64,000 bases of DNA, from assembly GCA_047967505.1 (NCBI GenBank), contig CM106538.1. One strand, written 5' to 3'. The notes under the pieces were generated by a model that worked only from the letters and a program-made list of their open reading frames with translations, made no database searches and had not been told where the DNA came from. The stretch is from Dipteris shenzhenensis. Its lineage: Eukaryota. How positions within the stretch are numbered: position 1 is the stretch's first letter; each line of letters begins with the position of its first letter. A program made the translations under genes and the position numbers. Positions 25,490-38,630 of the stretch are shown here, one piece after another.

Positions 25490-26600
25490 ACGCTATAAAA
25501 GACGAACAGGAAAAAATATATATATAACAACAATCACAATGTAATGAACCAAGATGATCTAGATCAACATTGTGTGATCACACATCTTGAGCTCATTGGG
25601 AAGGTCATCGTCGAGATACCTACATACAATATATATGAATATATGATAGTAGACCAAAGTGAGGTGAATTCAAATGGCTGAAGCGAGCCATCACTTGGCC
25701 TTGATCATAATACTACCTAATATAACATCACTCGAGGCAATATGAATCCAATCATCATCCGGCCCCAAGTGATACACACATTTAAATACATAGAAGCATG
25801 CATAAATAAGCATCATACATATTCTTGTCTCTATATTCCTCTCTCAATTGGGACGAGATGAATCTAGCCAGCCAAAGGGAGCCATCACCTGACCTTAATC
25901 CTGATACTACTAGAACATCACTTGAGGCGAGATGAATCCAACCAACTAAAGTGAGTCATCATCTGGCCTCGATTGAAACACATCATGCAATCACACACAT
26001 AGAAGCAAGCAAGCACAATCATATGACATATTTCTCTCTCTTTTCTCTCAACTAAGGTGAGGTGAATCTAGCCAGCTGAAGCAAGCCATCACCCAGCCCT
26101 AACTAAGAATAATAGCGAGGTTACTTGTAGGAGAGTGGAAAACAACGAACACACTAAAAACTACAAAAAATTCCGATGAATTTAAGTGAACTGTAGAAAA
26201 AAATAACGCAGAGGGGGCCTTTTATAGAATCCAATTCGACTACCGGCTGATATGTCCACACACCGGTCGATTTTTGTGGCCAATGCATGCATGCCATGTG
26301 TTCGGTCTATGCACACCGATCGGTGTCACACTACACCAACTAGTATTTTCCTGAGTATATCGATCGGTGTGGTGATTCACCGACCGGTTTATTTGCACCG
26401 ACCAGTAAATCCCAACATCGATTAGTATTTTTTGAAAAATACCGGTCGATGTTGGGATTTACCATTTGTTATATAGCCAGTCAACTGGTGCACGTTGACC
26501 GGTTGTAAAAAATGCATTTTTTGTGTTTTGAACATCCACCTACGTTTTTGATTCGAAAAACGTTCTTTTCTTCTAAAAAATTTACTAAAAAAATCCCAGC
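25490..26600 (-). mobile_element. Terminal ~1.1 kb of an unclassified (possibly Mutator-like) repeat, copy A
   Basis: Its reverse complement matches 41542-41769 joined to 53129-54155. Shared end (G/A)GGATWTTTTTAGTA and repeated ACCGGTCG/ACCGATCG motifs. Confidence 0.55.
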
Positions 26601-27459
26601 CCATAACGAATCCATTCATCTTGTAATAATAAAAGAAAACCACTGCGCTGGTGGCTACTCATATTCTAGTGCAACCAACCACCATGCTGGTGATAACTTA
26701 TCCTGCACTAATCCTACACTACTATCGTGCTATCCCTATGCTACTACCATGCTATCCTAAAATTTGTTGCATAGTGCTAGTTCCCTTTAGACTCGGTATA
26801 GTTAACCATCAGATTTCAACCACCGGGCTAGTTAAATCATTTAAGTACTAACATGAAATCACATATTACGAGCACCATGAGAATATCCACAAGTCCAATA
26901 AATTTTTGCAAGATTTTTATTATTTCAAGGAAATTCCAAACTCCCAACCATCTTATCAACCTCTCTATAGCAAGCATCCCCTAGCTTTGGAGGCCAATCT
27001 CCTGCACTATGGCAGACCTCTTCACACACTGCTTACTTGACTCTGCTGACTTATATGCCCATAGTAACTCCTCCTTTCGCTGGGGGTCCTCTTCATCGTA
27101 CTCTTTGCACTTTATACATCTTTAAGCCTCCTTCATGTCCTGCCAAAAGAAACCTACAACATGAGATTGACAGGTACCTTAAAGGAGCAAAAAAAACAAT
27201 AGCCAGGTAAATTAATAATCACCATCTGTGCCGACTCCAAGTAATACACCCACCACTAAAGCATGTCCTCCTTGCAGGCTATTTTCCTCCTTGTCCGAGT
27301 CTGATTCTGCGACGATGCCATCCAACATCATTTTCAGATAGAACAAAAGCATTCCAAAGTCTTTTGGGTATGCCATAGATTCACAATAGGTGGATCAATG
27401 TATAGATTTTGGATCAGTGTACAAAGTTTCGGGGCTAGATTTCGTCTGATTATTCAAAT

Positions 27460-29160
27460 ATCTTACATGGACATGTGAAATAGGTGGATATCTCAAAAAT
27501 AGATCTCCATATCAAGCATCGAGAAGGCTAGGGTGGAATCCATCAAAGCCATATGCTTGCTTGAGAAGCACTTTCCCTCGAGCATTATGACAACTCAAGT
27601 CCACTTGCTTGTGCACATAGTTGATGAGGTGGCTATTGCAGGTACCGTTCATAGTCAATGGATGTTTTTCCTCGAGTGCTTTATGAAAACTTTGAAGGGA
27701 TTTGTAAGAAAAAGAGCAAGACCAGAAGCAAGCATGGCAGAGGGATGGCTTGTGCAAGTCATTAGTATATATCACGGACCATGGATCCCGATATGCTACA
27801 GGCTTGGCATAACAAGGATGATGGTCGCATCGTTGGCGAGGTTTCCCAAGGAAAAGGGATCGAAAGAAAGATGAGCGAAGAGCAAATGGAGAAATTCAAT
27901 AAGTTTTGTATCCTCAATAACCCTGAGATGCAGAAGTGGATCGAGAGATATGAAGTGACCAAAGTAGAAAGAATAAATGCAAGACGAGATTCAGAGTAAT
28001 GTACAGGCCATCGCAACCATATCCATGGGATTTGGCTCTTCTCCCCACTCACATTCACTTGATTGGCTACAACTGGCTCTATGTAAAGCCGAATGCGATG
28101 GAGAGGCAATAAACGAGCACGAGCGAGAGTTATCATCTAGGTGTATGATGCATGTAAGTTTCTTACCTTTTGACATAGTTAAGTAATTATTTGTGGCAAT
28201 ATACACTATAAAATAGATGCATCTTCATTGTTTTAATGATGCTCTTTTATAGTACAAAAAGTACAGTGCATTATGGTCATATGGATGACATTTTCACGTG
28301 GAACGCATCGATTCAAAGAGAGTCACGTATGATTGTGGAGTCATGGCTAACTTCACACAAGATAGCCGAGCAAGTGCTTCGGATACCAATTTTCTCTCCT
28401 CATAATTGGATTATTGTGGAACCATATGCAAAATCTATGAAGTTGATTTTAGACCATTTAGTATTTTCATTCTTGATGTAAAATGGTTTAGAACTATTTA
28501 CAACGATCCCCATGCGACAGTGAGAAAAGATAGTAGCGGTTTCTTTGCAATAGACTCCACCAAACATTGGATTGATGAAAGTGATACTTTTGTTCTTCTC
28601 GAGCACTGTGACCAGGTGCATACTAATGATTTAATTAACCAAAGCTTTCGTCTTTAAAGATCCATTGATACATGTACTTGAGCATAATTTCATATATATA
28701 ATTGACGACATCTGGCACCCATCTTCAATATAGGTGGTTTTTCATTTGGATCATTCCGATCCAAGATGGTGGTACGTGATCCAAGTTGCACCATGAAGTA
28801 AGCAAAATTTTGAAGATAGAGATGTGGATATGGAGATGCCACTACCAATTCCGGATCCAATTGATCTTGATGAATCTAGCGAAGAAGATGAAGATCACAA
28901 TATGAGCCAAAAGGAAGATGCGCATAATGACATCACATAGAAGGAAGATGGAGATCACAATATTGAGGAAGAAGACAACGATCATCAAGAATCACCGCAC
29001 TTTATTGAAGAAGATGATCAAGTACTTTTAGGTGAATGTACGATGCTAGAGTACGATGATGATATAGGAGATCAACTCAGTATAGAGTTGGAGATAGACT
29101 TGTTTGGCATCTTAGACTTGGCTCAAGATGAAACAGTTGATGTAAATGCTCTTCATTGAT
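27460..29160 (+). pseudogene. 3' half of TnpD of CACTA copy 1 (DUF4218- and DUF4216-like exons)
   Basis: HLLVHIVDEVAIAGTVHSQWMF...RARPEASMAEG and YCGTICKIYE...DVKWF. Collinear with 51080-52790. Confidence 0.9.
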
Positions 29161-29669
29161 TTTTTTCATCTCAAACTTGGACATGAATATATGAGCTTCA
29201 AAGGCTTGATGTACATGCTCTCATATTTTTATTCTCTCAAAAGATCGAACATGTATGAAAATTTAAAAAAAAAATTCATTGGAAAAAACTAACTTTTAAG
29301 GCCTATATGAGTAAAAAACCTCTCTGAAAAATGTCACTTTTATAATAGTCGCTATATAGTGACGTTTGCCTAAAGACACTATATAGTGATGCTTTACGGG
29401 ATGTGCTTTTCATATCGATGATTAGCACCCCGTACGCACTAAATGTTGGTACTTAAACGGTCCAATAGGATCCATGTGTAGTAGTGCCTCCTCCTCCTCC
29501 TCCCTCCTCTCTCTTCTTTCCCTCATGCTGTTACACCTTCTTCCTCTCCCACTCCTATACTCCCCCTAAACCCTTAGCTCCTCAACCCTTAATCTCCATG
29601 ATCTACGAGGGAGACAAGGAGGAGACAAGTTCTCCACCATGTACTCTACCATGAACCTTGAATCCTTCT

Positions 29670-29790
29670 TCTAACTCTGGAACCTCTCTCTAAACCTTGG
29701 AACCTCCTTCTAACCCTTGAACCTCTTCTAAACTCTGGAACATCCTTCTAAACCTTGGAACCTCCTTCTAGCCCTTAAACTCCTAAACCT
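29670..29790. repeat. ~19-20 bp minisatellite (AAACCTTGGAACCTCCTTCT), about 6 copies
   Basis: Seen directly in the sequence. Confidence 0.7.
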
Positions 29791-30130
29791 TGCAACCCCC
29801 AATGAAGGTGAAAGCCTTCATTACCTCAACCATGATGATACATGTTCCTTTTACACATGCATGCACTATGTTTGCTCACTACATTTAAGCCTACGTCTGT
29901 CACCAGAATATGACTCGAGGTCCTAAGCCACACATATACTATAAATGACAACCCCAATATATCTGTAGGTGACAAAAAGCCTCAAAGCCCTGCATACTGA
30001 GAATACCCTGCTCTTCCCATAGAAGCTGTGGAATAGAGCCAATACCTCCTCTCTCTTTCCCACACTCCTCACCCCTTTCTAAACCCTCTCCCAACACATG
30101 TTCCCTCTCCATCCTTCTCCCTCTTTGCTC

Positions 30131-33100
30131 GTGTGAAAGAGGGGAAAAGAGAAGGAAAAAATAAAGGGGAAAAGAAGAAAAGAGAGGAAAAAAGAGAAAG
30201 AATATGCTTATGCATGAGCATATGAGCATATGCTCATGCATAAGCATAGGCAAATGCATATGCTTATGAAGAAAGGAGAAAAGAATATGATGAAAGAGAG
30301 GAAATAAGAGAGGGGAAAAGAAGACAAAGAAGAGGAAAAAAGAGAAGAAAAAAGAGAGGGGAAAAGCATATGAGCATATGAGCATATGCTCATGCATAAG
30401 CATAGGCAAATGCATATTCTTATGAAAAGAAGAGAAAAGAGGATGAAAGAGAGGAAATAAGAGAGGGGAAAAGAAGAGAAGGAAGAGGAATGAAGAGGGG
30501 AAAAGAGAATGAAAAAAGAGAGGGGAAAAGAAGAGAAGAGAGGAAGAAGAGGAAATAACAAAGGGAGGGAACGAGGGGAGAAAGAGGGAGGAAAAGAGGG
30601 AAAGAAGAGGTAATAAGAGAAGAGAGAGGAAGAAAGGGTTCCTACACCCATCTCTGCACTAGCTACAGACCAACGCAAATAACGGAAACAAAAAAAGGAA
30701 AAAAGAGGAAATACTTTCTTACGTGGAAAAGTCCTGCTCGGTGTTTCGTGGACTAGCCCTACAAAAGAGAGGAAACATACCATTTTTTAGATAACTAGTT
30801 AGAGGAAGGAGGAGTTTGGAGAAGCAACTTTCCAAAGGGATTGGATTGAGGGGACAAGCATAAGCCTACAAACAAGGAGAAAGCACGAAAGGAAGGGAAA
30901 GAGGAGGAAGAGAAATACCAAAAAGAGAAGAGCAAATCTCGTTTTTTGTCCTTAATCTTTGAAAGTCAAGCATGAAAATTAGCACATAGGCTTAGCAAAG
31001 CAAGGAGAAACATGCTTCGACTCTCAAAAAATGAAATCTCACAAAAAATGAACCTACATTGGTTAAAGAAACACACCTTCTTGAAAAACTTCCTTTCACA
31101 CAAGTAGAGAGGGAGAAGGGTGGAGAGGGAGTACAAGTGTCAATGGGAGAGGGGCTTGATAGGAGTGAGGAGTGTGGGGAATAGAGGAGGAAAGAGAGAT
31201 CACCAAATAGAGAAGGAAAACATGGGAGGAGAGATTTTTGCTTTTCTTGCAATAGAGTTGTGAAAGATGGCATCGTGCGGTGTTTCGGGTTTTAGACTCC
31301 CAGCATCGCTATATAGCGACACTGGTCATTTGTTATATAGCGACACTTATACCCTAAAAGTATTGCTAGGTAGCAACACTCATACCCTAAAAGTATCGCT
31401 ATATAGCGATACTTATAGCGATCTTTAACCCTAAGTATCACTATATAGCGACACTTATACCCTAAAAGTATCACTATTTACTTATACTCCTAAAGCATCG
31501 CTATATAGCGACAAAACAGAGCAAAGCGTCGCTATATAGTGACAATTCAGGGCACTTGATCTGGAAAGGAGCTCATGGGTGGCTATTTTTTGGATCTTTA
31601 TGGATTTCCTTACATTTTGTGTTGTGACTTTGGAGGTGTGTAGATGGAAGGGACGAGTGAAAGCTTGTCAGATGATGCACCGAGCATAGTGGCTTACGGA
31701 GAGGTTGTATTGTCATTGCACTCATTGCAAGCGAAAAGTATGACATCAATGCCGTATTGTCATGCGCCACTTGAGGATGTATGGGGAGGAGCCCAAACCA
31801 GTACCCACCATTGGTGGTGCACATGGTGATAGATCATCAGAAAGTCAATGCTATTTGAGTTCGTGATTCATATTGCATGCGTACACGACACGAAATCTTG
31901 AGACAAGATCTTATATTTACACAAAACCTTGAGACAGGATGAGGAGGGTGGTGTCCGTATACCTTCACACTTTGAGAAGGAGTATAGTCTCCCGGATGTG
32001 CTAAATGATAACGAGGGTATTGTGGACATGATGGATTCTATTTTTAGGGGCAATGCAACTGATGTCTGAGTATGAGGCTGTGTACATGGTAACTTTGATA
32101 GAGGAGTTATAGATCTTAGGGATAAGAGTGCGGGTCTTTGATATTTCTAGAGCTCCTAGACATACCAATGACATTTTTGTGTAGAACACATCGATTCAAA
32201 GAGAGTCGCGTATGATTGTGGAGTCATGGCTAACTTCACACAAGATAGCCGAGCAAGTGCTTTGGATACCAATTTTCTCTCCTCGTAGTTGGATTATTAT
32301 GGGACCATACACAAAATCTATGAAATTAATTTCAGATGATTTAGTATTTTCATATGTATAAAATGGTTTAGAACTATTTATGATGGTCTTTGTTCTTCCT
32401 GAGCATTGTGAGCAGGTGCATACTAATGATTTAATTAATTGAATCTTTCGTTTTTATATATTAATTGTTACATGTACTTAAGCATAGTTTCATATAATTG
32501 ATGGCATTTGGCACCCATCTTCAATATAGGTGGTTTTGTCATGTAGATCATTCTGATCCAAGATGGTGGTATGTGATCCAAGTTGCATCACCAAGTAAGC
32601 ATATTTTTGAAGATAGAGACGTGGATATGGAAGTGCCACTACCAATGCCAGATCCAATTGATCCAGATGAATTTAGAGAAGAAGATGAAGATCACAATAT
32701 GAGCCAAGAGAAAGATGTGCATAATGACATCATATGGGAGAAAGATGGAGATCACGATATTGAGGAAGAAGAAGACGATCATCAAGAATAACCCGACTTT
32801 ATTGAAGAAGATAATCAAGTCTATGGTGAACGTACGATGCTAGAGTACGATGATGACATAGGAGATCAACTTAGTATAGAGTTGTAGATATACTTGTTTG
32901 GCACACTAGACTTGGCTCAGGATGAAGCCAAGTCTCAAACGTGGACATGAATATATGAGCTTCAAACTTGATGTACATGCTCTTGTACTTTTATTCTTTC
33001 AAAGGATCAAACATGTATGAAAAGAAATCTTTTTGTCATTGGGTAAAACTACCTTTAAAGGTTGGTATGGGGAAAAACACTCTGTAAAACATCGCTATAT

Positions 33101-33292
33101 AATGACCTTATACAAGTTTGGCAATTATTGCTATATAGCGATACTTTATAAACGTCGCTATATAGCGACGTTTATAAAAGTGTCGCTACATAGCGATACT
33201 TTTTAAGCCCACTTTGCATACCGATGATTTGCGCCCCATGCATGCTAAACGTCAGTGCGTAACCATCGGAAAAGGGCCTATGCCTTGTAGTG
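30131..33292. mobile_element. CACTA copy 3: left-truncated, multiply deleted non-autonomous derivative
   Basis: Contains the microsatellite remnant, the leader exon block, a palindrome cluster at 31305-31545, TnpD exon 1 (MEGTSESLSDD at 31644) and joined TnpD pieces. Ends GGCCTATGCCTTGTAGTG. Confidence 0.85.
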
Positions 33293-33449
33293 TTTTACCT
33301 TTTGGGATTTACAAAAACAATTTAATAAAACCAACACGGTTGTTGTTTGGGATATACTAAAAAGAAGCAATCTCAATACAAATTCCATTTTGTAGGATAA
33401 GTAGACATATTACTTCCTTGCAATGAGATTACATACATTTTCTTAGTAC

Positions 33450-34133
33450 TATCTCACTCATCCTCGTTCATCGCTCCAAGACAACCCAAGATGTGCTCAT
33501 GTGTGTCTAAATCCAATTTGAAGACACTCTTGTCCTTCTTTCATTGTGTCACAGGTTGCATCTAGACATCATCTTTAGCCTTTTCTCACTGCAATCTCTG
33601 GCAATTCGTTGCCACTGCTCCTCATGCATTTTTAACTTCCGCATGAGACCACCCTCTTTGTGGCATTGATCAAAAGTAGCCTTGCACATGTACAAAATCT
33701 CAACATCCTCTATAGACCAAATCATTTTTCCATCCCCATCACTCTCCTTTAGTACTTTTGATGTTCTGACTTTGGATTTTGCACTCATCTCGCTTGTTTG
33801 TGGCACTTCCGAAATGATGGAATTGGATCTTAGAATGGTTGGAGTAGTAGAACAAGGCTATGGCGGAGGTTCCAATTCCTCAATTTGGGATGATGGCACT
33901 ATGTCCATGAAGGATTCTTGTGAATCCATGTTAAGATTGACAATTGGAAGCCGCAGAAGGTTTGACATTTGGGGAGGCATTAAGCACAAGATTGAAGAGG
34001 GAGTTTGTGAGGCCATGGCACTTTGCAAGGGTAGTGATTGGTTATGAAAATGGGGAGGACCATTAACTTGAAATCCATGGAAGGAGAAAGGAAAATAATA
34101 CGCCATAGATGGACCTACATGATGGATGCTCAC
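33450..34133 (-). pseudogene. Degraded Myb/SANT (trihelix-like) DNA-binding protein, possibly a PIF/Harbinger ORF1 remnant
   Basis: ORFs 33858-34133 and 33549-33806 are in one frame. WSIEDVEILYMCK...KLKMHEEQWQRIARDC has the spacing of a Myb/SANT domain. Confidence 0.4.
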
Positions 34134-36791
34134 AACAACCCATTAGGATGGTATATGACGAATAGATTAGTGCGCACAAGAAATGATAACTTGCTATGCA
34201 TTGGAGATATGCCATTTGAACATGAAGGACGTTGTGCATTATTACTTTTACTCGTACGAATCTAAGTATGTCAAAGTAATGCATGTGTACATGAATGTGC
34301 ATGCGTAACAAAGAAGCATCTAAAACATATCATAATCTAAAGGAAATCATTGAAAATCATGTATTTCTCTTTCGAACATAACAAAACATAAAGTATTTTT
34401 GAAACAAGACTAAGATCAGAGTACTCCGCATGTTGCATTGCAGCAGGTGAGGAACATGTAGGCCACAATCCTTGGCCTCGATTCTAGCATTTCTCTGCAA
34501 TGGGAGCTTCGAGACCAAAAAACATGGCCTACGTGGTTCGACTCGGCAAAGCAACTATTAGGAGCTACCATCCGAGAGGAAGAAAAGCTCTACGAAAGTA
34601 TTCAATTCACAATGAAAGAATAATTTATGTACCGGTAGAGGCTTTCCCGTCGGTTAATGCTGAGAGAGGCAATCCCTGTTTTTGTATTCCAACCTGATAA
34701 AAACAAAAGCAGAAGTGGCACTTATTGGACTGACTGAAGCAAGAACCCAACTACAAAACTTGCATACCCAACCATAGAACCTTTAATATTGTATTTAAAT
34801 GGGCCACAAAACCGATTAACTTCAGACTGTATGAAGTGTTTTAACATATTTACGAAATGATGAACTCAGAGTAGAGCAGAGGCCATGAGATGAGAGTTCA
34901 AGGAACAAAAAAAACGTGTATAGTATAGCAACTCACCACCTGGAGTTACGAATGAAAGGTGACCTTAAAGGATTGGGCTGGTACATCAGAACTTAGCTAC
35001 AGCTTACCAATGGGGAAACAAGGAAAACGTTGACAAGGGACTGATTTGAGCGACTCCTACAACTCGGATTAAAAGTACTGAAAAATTACAACTCGCAGCA
35101 TAATCGACATACAAACTCAGCTCGCCATTGGGAATTGTGATCATAGCAATGCGCAAGAACTCGTCGAGCAGGGGCCAAGCGAAGTTGGTTGGAGGAATTT
35201 TGTGCAGGAGCCGGCGAGCAAGGGGACGATGATTGGAGAAGGTGTGAGCCACAAACTAGCAATGGCTACGCGCAGGATTAATGCAGCGGAGCAAAACAGT
35301 AGAAGTAGCGAAGTCCTTGAAGGTGGAGAAAACTATCATGCTCGATTTTCAGTGCATGCAGAATGACGTTAAAAGAGGCAACGTGCCTCTACGCTTAGCT
35401 CATTTATCCACAAGCCGAAACGATGGAGGCAATATTACTACTGCTATTGCAGCAGTTGTAGCGGCTGCAATCAGCGAAGAGAGATGAGATGTGGGCCGAT
35501 GGACTCGTTGTACAGGAGCAATGAAAGAGTGTTTGCTCAAACTTTGACGCATGAAATTACAATTGACGTAATTACTGCAAGCACTGGTATTTTGACAGCG
35601 ATACGATTGTGAAGAATTGCTTGCACTGTCGATGGAATGAGAGAGTCATACCTGAAGGCAGCCAGCACCACCTGCTCGCTCAAACTCGCATGGGCTAAAG
35701 AAGTATCAGCATACGCAGGTTCAAGTTGCACGCCATCAGCATATGCAGGGACGAAGCTCCAAGAGGGAGTGAGAGCAGGACGCAGAATGACGGTAGTCTT
35801 TGCGTAAGGACGAAGCTCCAAGAGGGAGTGAGAGCAGGACGAGGAACGACAGTGGTCGAAGGCTGGCGGGTGGAGTGCTTATCAATTAGGCAGAATGGCG
35901 CGGATTTTTTAGCGAGAGAACGCTGCCATCAGTGATGATGGCAGCGATTTTTGGCTTGCAGTGATTCCAACACCTATATGCTCGGGTGTAAAAGCCATAT
36001 TCCCGTCTCCATCGGGGTCCAGATTTGCCAGGATGCAGCATCGAAGATTACGGCGCGAAGCCTGGCAAATTTGTTGGGCTGGGCCGACGCGGGCACTGAC
36101 TCTAAGAGAGCATTTCCGTGATGGAGGGCTCAAGGGGTGTGAGTTTTCAAGCTGAAAGATAGCAAGGAGGAGCGTGAGATCAATGCAAAATTTGTAGGTG
36201 AAACACTATGATTACTTTGGATAGGATCTGCCAAAAACTGGGGAAAACCGCATTTCACACTTATTTACTCCAAAACTTCCGATGTTAGTGCTTCAACCTA
36301 GAAGGATGGCGAGAACTATGAAGAGTACAAATTAAGGTAAGCTAATAGTTTGGAACCCTTCATTCGGGGACGCGGGAATGCCCTTTTCTCCTTAAACTCT
36401 CACGACCATAGGCCTTACATTATATGGAAGAAGTTTGAACCATGGGATGCAATTCATGAGAGCCCATTCTTCGATCCCTCCTGTTGGTATCTTTAGAGCA
36501 ATCTAGCACAATCAGTTCTTTGTTCAAGCTTCTTGGTATGTTCGAGCTTCTTGATGTCCAAGGTAATTGCATTAAGTGCAAGTGCTTGTGAGTGGATCCT
36601 AGTCGTAAATAAAGGCATCTTTTAATGGGACCAATGTGATTCAAAAGGTTGTGTGAATTGTAAGAGATGAAAGAGTAGTCTTTGTAGATACGGTAAACAA
36701 TGAAGAGAAGAGATGCCAAGAGCAAGTGGTTCATACGTTTTGGCCTTCAATGTTAAGATAGATATTATATGGAATGTTGTGCCTATGCTTC

Positions 36792-36793
<2 letters not shown>

Positions 36794-36829
<36 letters not shown>
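36794..36829. repeat. (GA)n microsatellite
   Basis: About 18 AG dinucleotides. Confidence 0.95.
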
Positions 36830-36835
<6 letters not shown>

Positions 36836-37290
36836 TTTCCTTTTGGGCTTTGCCATAAGTACATGACAAGTCATATACTAGTTGTGCACCCGTTCATCCC
36901 ATGGGCTTTAATAGACCTCATCTTTGAAGTTTTCCAAAAACATGAAGTCCTCCAAGGCCTCATCTTTGTATTATATACACAGATGAGGTGCCTCTATGCA
37001 AAAGCAATACTTCGAGCTCCGAGGCATTAGGCCTTAATTTGACTCATGCTATCCATCTAAAAACATCCAAAGCTAATCCAAAAATAGTGATAGGGAAACT
37101 ATGGGCTCAAAAAAGGTCTTCTTACATTAGGACCTTGATTTTTTGGATTAGGGCATTGGCCAATAGGAAGGCTTAATTAAAAAAGATACTCAAGAATGAA
37201 GTCACATATTCATAAAACATTTCTTGGACCATTCTTTGAAATGATACAGGAGCATACACCCCATTCTATAATGAACGTTATCTTCTCATT

Positions 37291-37532
37291 ACTAAGAAAT
37301 CCTAGGTGTCACGTGCATTCAAGTGGTATTTAAAAAACCCCTCAACTAAAATTTTTTCCCCAATAAAACCACCCCTCTTTACTTATGAACTAACAGATTT
37401 TTTTCTAAAGTTGAATTAAAAGACCCCTCCTATTATTATAATCCTGTTAAATTTTTTCCAAAAATGGGATTAAAATACCCCTCCTTTTGAATGCACGTGG
37501 TACACTAAAATTTTTGGAGGTGAACCCCTGAG
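37291..37532. mobile_element. MITE (CTCG/GAG family), left end eroded
   Basis: Highly similar to 39686-39940. Inner inverted repeat CACGTGCATTCAA/TTGAATGCACGTG; right end GTGAACCCCTGAG. Confidence 0.75.
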
Positions 37533-37740
37533 CATGTGGCAAAGGTTAGTATTACATGTGGCAAATGTTAGCATTGCATGTGGAAATATAAAGGCTACGA
37601 GATGCATGCCTATAATTTTGCCATTACTACTGCTCACTCTCAGGTTTGATAGCCATGGATGATATGAGAGGTGGTTTATTCTAAACTAACAAAGATGGCT
37701 CATTGATATGATATCGGTGTGAACCACAGTAGTCTATGTA

Positions 37741-37928
37741 CTCGGGAGGAGAAGGGGGGGGACAAGGAGAGGGGCATTCACTCATAAATACATAAGCATA
37801 GCACATAAGTTTAACAAAAGGGATTAGAGTGTGCATTTCATTCATGAAAAATTAATAGATGACAGACTTTTAAATTAGGCCTTGAACGCATGTGATAGAG
37901 AGGATTTACATATAGTGACCCCCTTGAG
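37741..37928. mobile_element. MITE (CTCG/GAG family), related to 22871-23117
   Basis: Starts CTCGGG and ends AGTGACCCCCTTGAG. Shares GTTTAACAAAAGG and TAGGCCTTGAACGCA with the 22.9-kb copy. Flanks TCTATGTA/TCTCTGCG. Confidence 0.7.
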
Positions 37929-38139
37929 TCTCTGCGATCAATTTAGTAGATGTTTTTAGCATGTAACTTGCTTTTGGTCCTCCAACAAGCTCCGTAGGGA
38001 TGAGGAGGACCTGATATGGTCTTTGTATCAAAGTTGTTTACGTGCAGCAAAGGATTTGGGTTTGTTTCCAAATTTGGATTTCATCTTATATGATTGTTGT
38101 ACTTGTAGATGTAGGAGTGGTCTTTAGTTTGTATCAAAG

Positions 38140-38630
38140 CTATTGAAGCGATGGAAGGAAAGTAAAAGTTTGCAAAATGTTTGTGATCTTCAACGAGATG
38201 AATTTCCCTACATAATGCATGGTAGCTCAGTCTACAACTAGGCCTGTGGGGCATGGCTTTGGGCATTGATAAGAAGACGAACCGAGAAAGGCTAGTCAAG
38301 ATGCTCCCAAGAAAGTCACGACATGGGAAGCCAAAAATGGCAAAGCTCTGGGAATACTAGGCAGTGCTTTAGGGATAAAGTTTCATCACCAAGACAATAT
38401 GTGAAAATTTGATTGCTATTGAGAATATGCTTAGTGCATGCTCAAGAACTCAAAGGTTCTTCTCAAGAAATAATCCTTCATCTTGCAAATGAAGGATAAT
38501 GCAACACTCGAAGAGCACTTAAACTCGATGAAGAAAATCTTGCAACAACTATGATCTTAGGGTACAACTTAGAGAAGATGAATATTCAAAGGCAGTCTTG
38601 CTCACAAGTCTTCCCCCAGCATACAGTGAT
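38140..38630 (+). pseudogene. Highly degraded copia gag fragment
   Basis: My translation across frames gives WEAKNGKALGILGSAL...LQMKDNATLEEHLNSMKKILQQL...AVLLTSLPPAYS. Confidence 0.6.

Larger units (their letters stand above)
10061..29486. mobile_element. CACTA (En/Spm) element, copy 1, carrying ~11.6 kb of foreign DNA
   Basis: Starts CACTATAAGGCATAGGCC and ends GGATCCATGTGTAGTAGTG. Flanked by CCT/CCT within a split CCT run. Collinear with copy 2 outside 15.84-27.46 kb. Confidence 0.9.

Noticed and set aside
26650-27450. Possible decayed coding fragment on the minus strand (FFWQDMKEA.RCIKCK)
   Set aside because: Too short and too degraded to assign.
35537-36155. Intact host protein-coding gene
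   Set aside because: The ORFs are short, interrupted by stops and have no recognisable domain.
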